From the UHGV virus genome UHGV-0110022: a stretch of 48,769 nucleotides of DNA, one strand, 5' to 3'. The notes beneath the pieces are model-generated. The model saw only the letters and a program-made list of their open reading frames with translations, ran no database searches and was not told where the DNA came from. A program made the translations under genes and the position numbers. Position 1 is the stretch's first letter. Each line of letters opens with the position of its first letter. This DNA comes from a virus. Below are positions 18,966-28,462 of this stretch, piece by piece.

Positions 18966-20171
18966 ATGGCGGTTGATATTAAAGATGTCGAACAGGTCGC
19001 GCAGGAGCTGCAGCAGAAGTTTGACGACTTCAAAGCAAAGAACGACAAGCGCGTTGAGGCGATTGAGCAGGAAAAAGGCAAACTTGCCGGGCAGGTGGAA
19101 ACCCTGAACGGAAAACTCAGCGAGCTGGAAAATCTCAAAAGCGACCTTGAAAAAGAGCTGCTTGAGCTGAAACGTCCGGCAGGTGGAGCGCAAAATAAAC
19201 TGGCCACCGAGCATAAAGAGGCGTTTGTGGGCTTCCTGCGTAAAGGCCGTGAAGACGGTCTGCGCGATCTGGAGCGTAAGGCATTGCAGGTGGGCACCGA
19301 TGAAGACGGTGGCTACGCCGTGCCGGAAGAACTGGATCGCAACATTCTTAACCTGCTGAAAGATGAAGTGGTGATGCGTCAGGAAGCCACGGTGATCACC
19401 GTTGGCGGTTCCGACTACAAAAAACTGGTGAATCTGGGCGGTACGGCTTCCGGATGGGTGGGGGAAACGGATACGCGATCCCAGACTGCCACCTCCAGAC
19501 TGGAGCTGATTGAACCTCTCATGGGGGAAATCTACGGCAACCCGCAGGCTACCCAGAAAATGCTGGACGATGCCTTCTTCAACGTGGAGGCCTGGATCAA
19601 CAGCGAGCTGGCAACCGAATTTGCCGAACAGGAAGAAATTGCCTTTACCTCCGGCGATGGCACCAAGAAGCCGAAAGGGTTCCTGGCGTATGAGTCCACT
19701 GATGAAACCGATAAGGTCCGGGCGTTCGGCAAACTTCAGCATATTGTATCCGGCGACGCGACTGCGGTGACCGCAGACGCCATTATCAAACTGATTTACA
19801 CGCTGCGAAAGGCACACCGCACTGGCGCGAAGTTCATGATGAACAACAACAGCCTGTTTGCCATCCGTCTGCTGAAAGACACCGAGGGTAACTATCTGTG
19901 GCGTCCGGGGCTGGAACTGGGGCAGCCGTCCTCTCTGGCGGGTTACGGTATCGCTGAAAACGAACAGATGCCGGATATCGCCGCTGATGCGAAAGCCATT
20001 GCATTTGGTAACTTCAAACGGGGTTACACCATCGTTGACCGTATCGGCACCCGCATTCTGCGTGACCCGTACACCAATAAACCGTTTGTCGGTTTTTATA
20101 CCACCAAGCGCACCGGCGGGATGCTGGTCGATTCGCAGGCCATCAAACTGCTGAAGATTGCAGCGGCGTAA
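18966..20171 (+). CDS. major capsid protein (HK97 family)
   Basis: AGGAG RBS; N-terminal coiled-coil delta domain then capsid region; 401 aa. Confidence 0.9.
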   Translation: MAVDIKDVEQVAQELQQKFDDFKAKNDKRVEAIEQEKGKLAGQVETLNGKLSELENLKSDLEKELLELKRPAGGAQNKLATEHKEAFVGFLRKGREDGLRDLERKALQVGTDEDGGYAVPEELDRNILNLLKDEVVMRQEATVITVGGSDYKKLVNLGGTASGWVGETDTRSQTATSRLELIEPLMGEIYGNPQATQKMLDDAFFNVEAWINSELATEFAEQEEIAFTSGDGTKKPKGFLAYESTDETDKVRAFGKLQHIVSGDATAVTADAIIKLIYTLRKAHRTGAKFMMNNNSLFAIRLLKDTEGNYLWRPGLELGQPSSLAGYGIAENEQMPDIAADAKAIAFGNFKRGYTIVDRIGTRILRDPYTNKPFVGFYTTKRTGGMLVDSQAIKLLKIAAA

Positions 20172-20178
20172 TCATTCA

Positions 20179-20198
20179 GGGGCGCGGAACCGCGCCCC
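20179..20198 (+). terminator. GC-rich hairpin after major capsid gene (attenuator-like)
   Basis: GGGGCGCG-gaac-CGCGCCCC; weak U-tract. Confidence 0.35.
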
Positions 20199-20220
20199 CT
20201 GTTCTGACGGGTGAAGAATC

Positions 20221-20421
20221 ATGATCCTGAAACAAGATCTGAAATGGTCACCGGACGGTATGCGTGTTGAGGTCATTCGGGCCGGTGAGTATGACGACGG
20301 GACGCTTCCTGCCCGGGTGCAGGAGATTGCACTTCAGGCCGGGTTAGCAGAGCGCGGAACCAGTACAAAAAGCAGTAAAGCAGCAAAAGAGAAAAAAGCC
20401 ACGACCAGTAAAGAGGGCTGA
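20221..20421 (+). CDS. hypothetical protein (66 aa)
   Basis: ORF between capsid and connector genes; Lys-rich C-terminus. Confidence 0.4.
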   Translation: MILKQDLKWSPDGMRVEVIRAGEYDDGTLPARVQEIALQAGLAERGTSTKSSKAAKEKKATTSKEG

Positions 20422-20423
20422 GT

Positions 20424-20747
20424 ATGCTTCTGACAATGGAAGAGATTAAAGCCCAACTCCGGCTGGATGAGGATTTCGATGCTGATGACCGCCATCTGCA
20501 ACTGCTGGCCTGTGCGGCGCAAAAGCGGACGGAAACGTATCTGAACCGGAAGCTCTATGCACCGGATGAAACCATTCCGGACAGCGATCCGGACGGGCTG
20601 CACCTGCCGGATGATATTCGTCTGGGGATGCTGATGCTTATCAGCCATTTTTACGAAAATCGCTCGTCGGTTACAGACGTTGAGAAAATGGAGTTGCCAA
20701 TGAGCTTTAACTGGCTTGTCGGCCCGTACAGGTATTTCCCGCAATGA
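20424..20747 (+). CDS. head-tail connector protein (gp6-like)
   Basis: Position and size in HK97-type head module. Confidence 0.6.
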   Translation: MLLTMEEIKAQLRLDEDFDADDRHLQLLACAAQKRTETYLNRKLYAPDETIPDSDPDGLHLPDDIRLGMLMLISHFYENRSSVTDVEKMELPMSFNWLVGPYRYFPQ

Positions 20748-21154
20748 AAATTCGTCAGGCGCAGACCAGCGCAACCTACATTCTGCCGGACCCCGGTGAA
20801 CTGAATAAACGCGTCCTGATCCGCCAGCGGGTGGATATGCCCGCGGATAACTTTGGCGTGGAGCCTCAATACCCGGTTGCGTTCCGGACATGGGCGAAGG
20901 TTGTCCAGACCAGTGCCACCACTTGGCAGGAAACCGCGCAGACCGGGGACGCCATCACCCATTACATCACCATTCGTTACCGCCGGGGGATCACCGCTGA
21001 TTATGAGGTGGTCTGCGGTGACAGTGTGTACCGGGTGAAACGTCAGCGCGATCTGAACGGGGCGCGGCGCTTTCTGCTGCTGGAGTGTACGGAGCTGGGC
21101 GAATGTAGGCAGAGTCACGGAGGCAACAATGACGACTTCCTTTTTGCACGTTGA
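20744..21154 (+). CDS. head closure / head-tail adaptor protein
   Basis: Position and size; ATGA overlap. Confidence 0.6.
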   Translation: MKIRQAQTSATYILPDPGELNKRVLIRQRVDMPADNFGVEPQYPVAFRTWAKVVQTSATTWQETAQTGDAITHYITIRYRRGITADYEVVCGDSVYRVKRQRDLNGARRFLLLECTELGECRQSHGGNNDDFLFAR

Positions 21155-21635
21155 TTTTCAGCAGCCCGCGGAGATGCGCTTTAACCGCGCCCGTGTCCGG
21201 CGGGCGTTTGTCACGATTGGTCAGCGTCATATGCGTGATGCCCGTCGGCTGGTGATGCGCCGTGCGCGGTCGGCACCGGGTGAAAACCCCGGTTATCAGA
21301 CCGGACGCCTGGCACGTTCGATTGGTTACATGGTACCCAGAGCCAGTAAACATCGCCCTGGTTTTATGGCACGTATAGCCCCTAACCAGCGTAATGGAGA
21401 GGGAAACCGCCGTATCACCGGTGATTTTTATCCGGCTTTTTTGTTCTATGGCGTGAGGCGAGGGGCAAAGCGTCGTCGCAGCCATCATCGTGGTGCATCC
21501 GGTGGCAGCGGCTGGCGACTGGCTCCACGTAATAACTTCATGGTGGAAACGCTTGAAAAGAACCGCAGCTGGACACGCTATTTTCTGGCGCGGGAATTGC
21601 GTAAATCACTGAAGCCGGAGCGACGACGCAGATGA
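21129..21635 (+). CDS. HK97 gp10-like tail-completion protein
   Basis: Arg-rich 168-aa protein at the expected position. Confidence 0.55.
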   Translation: MTTSFLHVDFQQPAEMRFNRARVRRAFVTIGQRHMRDARRLVMRRARSAPGENPGYQTGRLARSIGYMVPRASKHRPGFMARIAPNQRNGEGNRRITGDFYPAFLFYGVRRGAKRRRSHHRGASGGSGWRLAPRNNFMVETLEKNRSWTRYFLARELRKSLKPERRRR

Positions 21636-22192
21636 AACTGACGCCTGTTATTGCTGCGCTGCGTGCCCGCTGCCCGTATTTTGAAAACCGGGTGGCAGGC
21701 GCGGCACAGTTCAAAAATCTGCCGGAGGTCGGAAAGTTGAGACTCCCGGCGGCGTATGTGGTACCGGGTGATGACTCTCCGGGAGAAAACAAAAGCCAGA
21801 CCGACTACTGGCAGGAGCTGAAAGAGGGCTTCTCCGTGGTTGTCATACTGAGTAACGGGCGTGATGAGCGCGGTCAGTTTGCCTCGTATGATGTGGTGGA
21901 CGATGTCCGGCAGATGCTCTTTAAGGCCCTGCTGGGCTGGAACCCGGAAGCGTGCGGTAACCCGATTACCTATGACGGCGGCACGCTGCTGGATCTGAAT
22001 CGTCATGAGCTGATTTATCAGTTCGATTTTTCGGTCATCAGCGAGCTGACCGAAGACGATACCCGCCAGCAGGATGAGCTGAACAGTCTGGATGAACTGC
22101 GAACGCTGGCGATTGATGTTGATTATCTCGATCCCGGTAACGGGCCTGACGGCGATATCGAACATCACACCGAAATAACCCTTCCTTCCTGA
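21632..22192 (+). CDS. tail terminator-like protein (Mu-like gp37 position)
   Basis: Position upstream of the sheath gene. Confidence 0.45.
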   Translation: MKLTPVIAALRARCPYFENRVAGAAQFKNLPEVGKLRLPAAYVVPGDDSPGENKSQTDYWQELKEGFSVVVILSNGRDERGQFASYDVVDDVRQMLFKALLGWNPEACGNPITYDGGTLLDLNRHELIYQFDFSVISELTEDDTRQQDELNSLDELRTLAIDVDYLDPGNGPDGDIEHHTEITLPS

Positions 22193-22200
22193 GAATCTTC

Positions 22201-22371
22201 ATGTTTGTGAAACCTGTTAAAGGGCGGTCAGTGCCTGACCCTGCCCGCGGTGACCTTTTGCCCGCCGAAGGGCGAAATGTTGACGAGAACAACTACTGGC
22301 TGCGCCGTGAAGCAGCGGGTGATATCCGGCGCGTGAATAAAAAGGTGAACACCGATGACGATAAGCTTTAA
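22201..22371 (+). CDS. small protein (56 aa), DUF2635-like, not in the ORF track
   Basis: ATG 22201, translation MFVKPVKGRSVPDPARGDLLPAEGRNVDENNYWLRREAAG...; overlaps sheath start as in Mu-like tail operons. Confidence 0.45.
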   Translation: MFVKPVKGRSVPDPARGDLLPAEGRNVDENNYWLRREAAGDIRRVNKKVNTDDDKL

Positions 22372-23851
22372 CACCATTCCGTCGAATACGCTGGTTCCGC
22401 TGTTTTATGCGGAAATGGATAACTCGGCGGCGAATACTGCACAGGACAGCGGGGCATCGTTGCTGATTGGTCACGCCAATAACGGTGCAGAGATTGTTGC
22501 CAACAGTCTGGTGCTGATGCCGTCGGCAGACTATGCACGCCAGATTTGTGGTGCGGGAAGTCAGCTGGCGCGTATGGTCGAGGCTTATCGCCAGACCGAC
22601 CCGTTTGGCGAGCTGTATGTGATTGCCGTTCCGGAAGCCACAGGCGCGGCGGCAACGGTTACGCTGACGGTGACCGGAGCAGCAACCGAAACCGGCACGG
22701 TGAATGTGTATGTGGGACGTACCCGCGTGCAGGCACCGGTGACCAACGGCGATAACGTCACGACGATTGCCAGCAGTATCAAAGATGCCATCAATGCCGT
22801 TCCGGCCCTTCCGTTTACGGCCTCATCTTCGGCAGGCGTGGTCACACTGACCGCGCGTCATAAGGGGCTTTGCGGGAATGAAATTCCTGTCAGCCTCAAT
22901 TACTACGGCTTTGGTGGGGGCGAAGTGCTGCCAGCGGGTGTACAGATTGCCGTGGCGACGGGGACCGCCGGAACGGGCGCTCCGGTTCTCACCGGTGCGG
23001 TGGCTGCAATGGCGGATGAGCCGTTTGATTATATCGGTCTGCCGTTCAACGACACGGCCTCCGTTAACACGCTGGTGACCGAGATGAACGATACCAGCGG
23101 TCGCTGGAGCTATGCGCGTCAGCTGTATGGTCATGTGTATACGGCAAAGATCGGCACGCTGTCAGAACTGGTGACCGCAGGTGACCAGTTTAACCAGCAG
23201 CACATCACCCTGGCGGGGTACGAAAAAGAGACCCAGACGCCTGCCGACGAGCTGGCGGCAAGCCGTACCGCCCGCGCAGCGGTGTTTATCCGCAACGATC
23301 CGGCACGTCCCACGCAGACCGGTGAGCTGGTGGGTATGCTGCCTGCGCCGAAGGGGAAACGGTTCACGATGACCGAGCAGCAGACCCTGCTGTCTCATGG
23401 CGTGGCAACGGCGTATGTCGAAAGCGGGGTGCTGCGCATTCAGCGTGATGTCACCACGTACAGGAAAAATGCTTACGGGGTTGCGGATAACAGCTACCTC
23501 GACAGCGAGACGCTGCATACCAGTGCGTATGTACTGCGCAAACTGAAATCCGTCATTACCAGTAAGTACGGGCGTCACAAGCTTGCCTGTGACGGTACCC
23601 GCTTTGGTCCCGGTCAGGCGATTGTCACCCCGGCGGTGATCAAAGGGGAACTGCTGGCAACCTACCGTCAGCTCGAGCGTGCGGGGATCGTGGAAAACTA
23701 CGAACTGTTCAAGCAGTACCTGGTTGTGGAGCGTGATGCCAGCGATCCGAACCGCCTGAACACGCTGTTCCCGCCTGACTATGTTAACCAGTTGCGTGTC
23801 TTTGCCGTGGTTAACCAGTTCCGTCTTCAGTATTCAGAGGAGTCTGCATAA
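22355..23851 (+). CDS. contractile tail sheath protein
   Basis: 498 aa at the expected position before the tube gene. Confidence 0.85.
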   Translation: MTISFNTIPSNTLVPLFYAEMDNSAANTAQDSGASLLIGHANNGAEIVANSLVLMPSADYARQICGAGSQLARMVEAYRQTDPFGELYVIAVPEATGAAATVTLTVTGAATETGTVNVYVGRTRVQAPVTNGDNVTTIASSIKDAINAVPALPFTASSSAGVVTLTARHKGLCGNEIPVSLNYYGFGGGEVLPAGVQIAVATGTAGTGAPVLTGAVAAMADEPFDYIGLPFNDTASVNTLVTEMNDTSGRWSYARQLYGHVYTAKIGTLSELVTAGDQFNQQHITLAGYEKETQTPADELAASRTARAAVFIRNDPARPTQTGELVGMLPAPKGKRFTMTEQQTLLSHGVATAYVESGVLRIQRDVTTYRKNAYGVADNSYLDSETLHTSAYVLRKLKSVITSKYGRHKLACDGTRFGPGQAIVTPAVIKGELLATYRQLERAGIVENYELFKQYLVVERDASDPNRLNTLFPPDYVNQLRVFAVVNQFRLQYSEESA

Positions 23852-24207
23852 TGGCCCGTATCGGGGGAACCTGTTATTTCAAAATTGACGGTCAGCAGCT
23901 ATCGCTGACCGGCGGCATTGAGGTGCCCATGAACAGGACGGTCAATGATGACATCATCGGCCTGGACGGTTCAGTGGACCGCAAGGAAACTCACCGTGCG
24001 CCTTATGTCAAAGGGACCTTCAAGGTGCCGAAGAATTTTCCGGTGAGCAAAATCACCTCGTCTGATGAGATGACCATCACTGCCGAGCTGGCGAACGGTC
24101 AGGTCTATGTACTGTCGTCTGCCTGGCTGCACGGCGAAGCGAACCATAATGCCGAAGAAGGCACGGTCGATCTTGAGTTCCACGGTGAAGAAGGGGATTA
24201 CCAGTAA
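23851..24207 (+). CDS. tail tube protein
   Basis: 118 aa immediately after sheath; GAGGA RBS. Confidence 0.8.
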   Translation: MARIGGTCYFKIDGQQLSLTGGIEVPMNRTVNDDIIGLDGSVDRKETHRAPYVKGTFKVPKNFPVSKITSSDEMTITAELANGQVYVLSSAWLHGEANHNAEEGTVDLEFHGEEGDYQ

Positions 24208-24476
24208 TGAAAGAGCTTGAGTTAAAGAAACCGATTACCGCTCATGGCGAGACACTCTCCGTACTGGAGTTTGATGAGCCCACCGGGAAAGATGTCCGCG
24301 AGCTGGGGTATCCCTACCAGATGAATCAGGATGAGTCCGTCAGACTTCTGGCGCATGTGGTATCGAAATATATTGTGCGGCTGGCGAAAGTGCCGCAAAG
24401 CTCTGTCGACCAGATGTCTCCGGCAGACCTGAATGCAGCGGCGTGGCTTGTGGCTGGTTTTTTCCTCCAGGCCTGA
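24207..24476 (+). CDS. tail assembly chaperone (short form)
   Basis: Small acidic protein directly upstream of tape measure; TAATG coupling. Confidence 0.65.
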   Translation: MKELELKKPITAHGETLSVLEFDEPTGKDVRELGYPYQMNQDESVRLLAHVVSKYIVRLAKVPQSSVDQMSPADLNAAAWLVAGFFLQA

Positions 24477-24625
24477 CGGCTGAATACCTTACTGATCGCT
24501 TCTTTGATTGCGCCAGCTACTGGCGCATTAATCCCTTCGAATTGCTGAATATGCCGATCAGTGAAATTCCCTTGCTGGTCAGTCAGGCAAACAGGATAGA
24601 GCAGGAGAAACGCACACATGGCTGA
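24207..24625 (+). CDS. tail assembly chaperone, long form via programmed -1 frameshift at T_TTT_TTC (24458-24464)
   Basis: Slippery heptamer in the 0 frame 12 nt before the stop; the -1 frame continues open to 24625, overlapping the tape-measure start. Confidence 0.5.
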
Positions 24626-26450
24626 ATTTGAGCTTAAGGCGTTGATCACCGGTGTCGACAGGCTTTCTCCCGCGCTGTCGAAAATGCAAAAGAAAATCCG
24701 GGGATTTAAACGCCAGGCGGAAGAAGCGTCACAGGGTGGGCTGGCGCTTGGTGGCGGACTGGCAGCGGGTCTGACGCTTTCCCTGAAATCTTATGCCGAT
24801 CAGGAAAACGCCGCCACCGGGCTGAAAGTCGCCATGATGGATGCGAATGGCGAGGTTGGAAAGAGCTTTCAGGACATCAATAAACTGGCTATTGGCCTGG
24901 GTAACCAGCTACCCGGTACAACGGCTGATTTCCAGAACATGATGCAGATGCTGGTGCGTCAGGGGATCCCGGCAGAAAACATTCTTGGCGGTGTGGGTAA
25001 AGCGACAGCTTATCTTGCGGTACAACTGAAAAAAACACCGGAAGCGGCTGCTGAGTTTGCTGCAAAGATGCAGGATGCTACCGGAACGGCGTCAGAAGAC
25101 ATGATGGGGCTGTTCGACACTATCCAGAAGGCGTTTTATCTGGGCGTTGACGATACCAACATGTTGTCCTTCTTCACTAAAACCAGTTCTGTTCTGAAGA
25201 TGGTGAACAAGGACGGTCTTCAGGCTGCACAGAGCCTTGCCCCCATCAGCGTCATGATGGATCAGATGGGGATGAACGGGGAGTCGGCAGGTAATGCCCT
25301 GCGAAAAGTTATCCAGTCCGGATTAAGCGTTAAGAAAATCAGGGACGTCAATAAAATCATGGCCCGCCAGAAACTCGGGGTACAGCTCGATTTTACTGAC
25401 GGCAAAGGAAGTTTTGGCGGTCTTGATAACATGTTCAGGCAACTGGCAAAGCTGCGAAAACTGACCGACGTTAAGCGAACAGGTGTACTTAAGGCAATAT
25501 TTGGTGATGATGCCGAAACCCTTCAGGTGGTTAATGCACTAATCGATAAAGGAAAGGATGGCTACGATCAGATCCAGCAGAAGATGAATAAACAGGCCAG
25601 CCTGAATAAACGTGTTCAGGCCCAGCTTGGTACGCTGTCCAACCTGTGGGAGGCAATGACGGGGACCGCAACTAACGGCCTTGCGGCTATTGGCGGCGCA
25701 TTTTCTGGTGACGCCAAAAATATCACGCAATGGCTGGGGGAGTTGGGGGAGAAATTCACGAAGTTTGCGGATGAAAATCCCCGGGTTATTCGCGGCGTCG
25801 TCGGGCTTGCTGCCGGTCTTGCGATTCTGAAACTGGGATTGATGGGCGTGGGCAGTGCCATCAGTATCGTCAGCAGGATCATGTCGATGACGCCGATTGG
25901 CATGATTGCGACGGCGATTGCCCTGGCTGCGGGATTAATTATCACTAACTGGGATGTTGTCGGACCTTATTTTAAGAAACTCTGGGAAACCATTAGTCCT
26001 TATTTTGAGGCTGGCTGGGAACTTCTGAAGAAGGTTTTTGCCTGGTCGCCGCTGGGGATGGTGATCAATAACTGGGGACCGGTTGTTAAGTGGTTTCAGG
26101 ATATGTGGGATAAGCTGAAGCCGATTATTGAATGGTTTACCGACAGTTCCGGTGACACGGTCGATGCCATTAACTCGGCGCAGTGGGGCGCGGGTGCTTA
26201 TGATGCTTATGGGACGGGAATACCGGCACGGGGATACACTCCTTATCCGGCGGTGGATCCGGCTCAGGCAAACAACGCCTCCGATGCCACAGGCTCGAAT
26301 CCCTTCATGATTAATAAAGCTACCGCGCCAAAAGTTGATGGTGAGATCAAGGTATCATTTATAAATATGCCACCAGATATGCGGGTTACGGAAACACGCT
26401 CCAGTGGCATTGATATAAATCACGATGTTGGCTATACCCGATTTTGGTAG
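24618..26450 (+). CDS. tail tape measure protein
   Basis: 610 aa, helical N-terminal region, Gly/hydrophobic central segment; AGGAG RBS. Confidence 0.85.
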   Translation: MAEFELKALITGVDRLSPALSKMQKKIRGFKRQAEEASQGGLALGGGLAAGLTLSLKSYADQENAATGLKVAMMDANGEVGKSFQDINKLAIGLGNQLPGTTADFQNMMQMLVRQGIPAENILGGVGKATAYLAVQLKKTPEAAAEFAAKMQDATGTASEDMMGLFDTIQKAFYLGVDDTNMLSFFTKTSSVLKMVNKDGLQAAQSLAPISVMMDQMGMNGESAGNALRKVIQSGLSVKKIRDVNKIMARQKLGVQLDFTDGKGSFGGLDNMFRQLAKLRKLTDVKRTGVLKAIFGDDAETLQVVNALIDKGKDGYDQIQQKMNKQASLNKRVQAQLGTLSNLWEAMTGTATNGLAAIGGAFSGDAKNITQWLGELGEKFTKFADENPRVIRGVVGLAAGLAILKLGLMGVGSAISIVSRIMSMTPIGMIATAIALAAGLIITNWDVVGPYFKKLWETISPYFEAGWELLKKVFAWSPLGMVINNWGPVVKWFQDMWDKLKPIIEWFTDSSGDTVDAINSAQWGAGAYDAYGTGIPARGYTPYPAVDPAQANNASDATGSNPFMINKATAPKVDGEIKVSFINMPPDMRVTETRSSGIDINHDVGYTRFW

Positions 26451-26478
26451 CCAGGATTCCCCTCACAGGTATTGCTGG

Positions 26479-26506
26479 TTGTAAGTCATAAATAGAGTGA
26501 TAGAAT
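26479..26506 (+). promoter_or_regulatory. sigma70-like promoter for cargo gene
   Basis: TTGTAA(26479-26484)-16 nt-TAGAAT(26501-26506). Confidence 0.4.
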
Positions 26507-26541
26507 TAATGCACATTTAGAAAAATGTTAATAGGCGAAAA

Positions 26542-27072
26542 ATGAAAGGCTATATCACAGCAAGTGTAATTCTTGGAGCAGCGGCTATTTTTTCATCTCT
26601 CATAATCTCTGGCAACATCTCCTTTAAAGATGAACATATTATTCAGTTATCTGGAGGAGCCATAAAACTTGGTGATGTTTATAAAGAAAATAAATTGATA
26701 AGTGCAAAGATTATTTTTCCAGATAATCAGGGTGAACAGATTCTTGTTGTCGACGGCAATCCTGAAAACTTTAAGGAGGATTTTCAGGAGAAATTAAATA
26801 AAGTAATAAAAACTTTAAATGCGTCAAAGAAAAAAGATGAAGAGAAAGTTAGCCTGGATAATTTAAGTGTTATTGAAGAGTCTAAACTAGAGCTCGTTTC
26901 TGCGGTGCGTTACTCTGCTCAGTATGTTCCTATGTTTACTCTGACGCTGGACAAAAAAGAAATTACCATGCCTAAAAATACGGTAATATTTCCATTTGCC
27001 AGCGATGAAACAGCTAAGTATTTAAATGAACAACAGCAAAAGTATAAAGATTCGTTGTTTCTGACTCGCTAA
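26542..27072 (+). CDS. membrane-anchored hypothetical protein (176 aa), AT-rich cargo gene within the tail operon
   Basis: N-terminal hydrophobic anchor (ITASVILGAAAIFSSLIISG); AT-rich; own promoter and terminator. Confidence 0.6.
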   Translation: MKGYITASVILGAAAIFSSLIISGNISFKDEHIIQLSGGAIKLGDVYKENKLISAKIIFPDNQGEQILVVDGNPENFKEDFQEKLNKVIKTLNASKKKDEEKVSLDNLSVIEESKLELVSAVRYSAQYVPMFTLTLDKKEITMPKNTVIFPFASDETAKYLNEQQQKYKDSLFLTR

Positions 27073-27092
27073 TTAATAAAATTCATTACAAG

Positions 27093-27123
27093 GCCACCTT
27101 CTAATAGGTGGCTTTTTTATTTT
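27093..27123 (+). terminator. rho-independent terminator
   Basis: GCCACCT-tctaat-AGGTGGC followed by TTTTTTATTTT. Confidence 0.7.
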
Positions 27124-27133
27124 CGGAGTGTAT

Positions 27134-28462
27134 ATGACGTGGAAAGACAGGCTTCAGGATGCGTCATTTCGAGGTGTGCCGTTTAAGGTTGAAGAAGAAA
27201 GTGCGGGAACCGGTCGCCGTGTGGAAACACATGAATACCCGAACCGCGACAAGCCCTATACCGAAGATCTGGGAAAAGTCACTTTCCGCCCGTCCATCAC
27301 AGCTTATGTGGTGGGAGATGACTGCTTTGACCAGCGCGATCGCCTGATTGAAGCGCTGAATAAACCAGGTCCCGGCACGCTTGTCCACCCGACATATGGT
27401 GAGCTGAAAGTCTGTGTTGACGGGGAAGTTCGGGTCAGCACATCGAAAAGTGAAGGGCGTATTGTCCGCTTTGACCTGAAGTTTGTCGAAGCAGGAGAAC
27501 TCTCTTACCCCACATCAGGTGCGGCGACGGCGCAGACGCTGATGTCATCCTGTTCTGCACTGGATGACTGCATCAGTGACAGCTTCAGCGGTTTCAGTAT
27601 CGATGGTGTGGCGGATTTCGTGCAGAACGACGTTATCGGTAATGCCAGCATAATGCTGGGGTATGTTTCTGATGCGATGAAAGTGGTGGATTCTGCCGTA
27701 TCGGATGCCGCCAGGCTGTTGCAGGGGGATATCTCGGTACTTCTGCCGCCGCCATCGTCAGGCAAAAATTTCGTTGAGCAGGTGCAGAAAATGTGGCGTA
27801 CCGGGAAACGCCTTTATGGTAACGCCAGCGACCTGGTCACCATGATCAAAACGCTTTCTGGTGTCAGCCTCGGCAGCGATTTGCAACCGCGCGGCGTCTG
27901 GAAAACGGACAGTAAAACCACCGCCACAGCGACGCAGCAGCGTAACATGGTTGCCAGCACCCTTCGTACGACTGCAATCAGCGAAGCGGCGTATGCCGTT
28001 ACCCGATTGCCTGCGCCAACAACTTCTGCGGTGATGCAGAATGCCGCAGTGGGGCAGTCAACAACACCCGCGCAGAGCTCCGGCTGGCCTGCCGTCACGC
28101 ATCCGGTGCTGAACAATGCACCGGCGGTGAAAAACACGGTTGACCTGCCAACGTGGGAAGAACTGACCGACATTCGCGACACACTGAATACGGCAATTGA
28201 TAAGGAGTTGTCCCGTACAACTAGTGATGCGCTGTTTCTGGCTCTGCGCCGGGTGAAAGCAGATCTGAATGCGGATATCAACACGCGCCTTGAACAGTCT
28301 GCTCGGATCATTCAGCGCACGCCGGATGAGGTTTTACCCGCGCTGGTGCTGGCGGCGACCTGGTTTGATAACGCGGCGCGTGACGCGGACATTATCCGGC
28401 GTAATGCCATTACGCATCCCGGCTTTGTGCCGGTGATCCCTCTGAAGGTGCCAGTGCAATGA
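27134..28462 (+). CDS. DNA circulation protein (Mu gpN-like)
   Basis: N-terminal motif MTWKDRLQDASFRGVPFKVEEE; GGAG RBS. Confidence 0.8.
   Translation: MTWKDRLQDASFRGVPFKVEEESAGTGRRVETHEYPNRDKPYTEDLGKVTFRPSITAYVVGDDCFDQRDRLIEALNKPGPGTLVHPTYGELKVCVDGEVRVSTSKSEGRIVRFDLKFVEAGELSYPTSGAATAQTLMSSCSALDDCISDSFSGFSIDGVADFVQNDVIGNASIMLGYVSDAMKVVDSAVSDAARLLQGDISVLLPPPSSGKNFVEQVQKMWRTGKRLYGNASDLVTMIKTLSGVSLGSDLQPRGVWKTDSKTTATATQQRNMVASTLRTTAISEAAYAVTRLPAPTTSAVMQNAAVGQSTTPAQSSGWPAVTHPVLNNAPAVKNTVDLPTWEELTDIRDTLNTAIDKELSRTTSDALFLALRRVKADLNADINTRLEQSARIIQRTPDEVLPALVLAATWFDNAARDADIIRRNAITHPGFVPVIPLKVPVQ

Noticed and set aside
18948-19817. 289-aa minus-strand ORF (and similar antisense ORFs at 17097-17672, 20334-20891, 21578-22168, 27814-28311)
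   Set aside because: They lie entirely antisense to well-supported structural genes (major capsid, portal, connector and tail genes) and lack RBS; typical shadow ORFs.
24443-24625. 60-aa ORF as an independent gene
   Set aside because: No start context of its own; it is the -1 frame extension downstream of a T_TTT_TTC slippery site in the chaperone gene.
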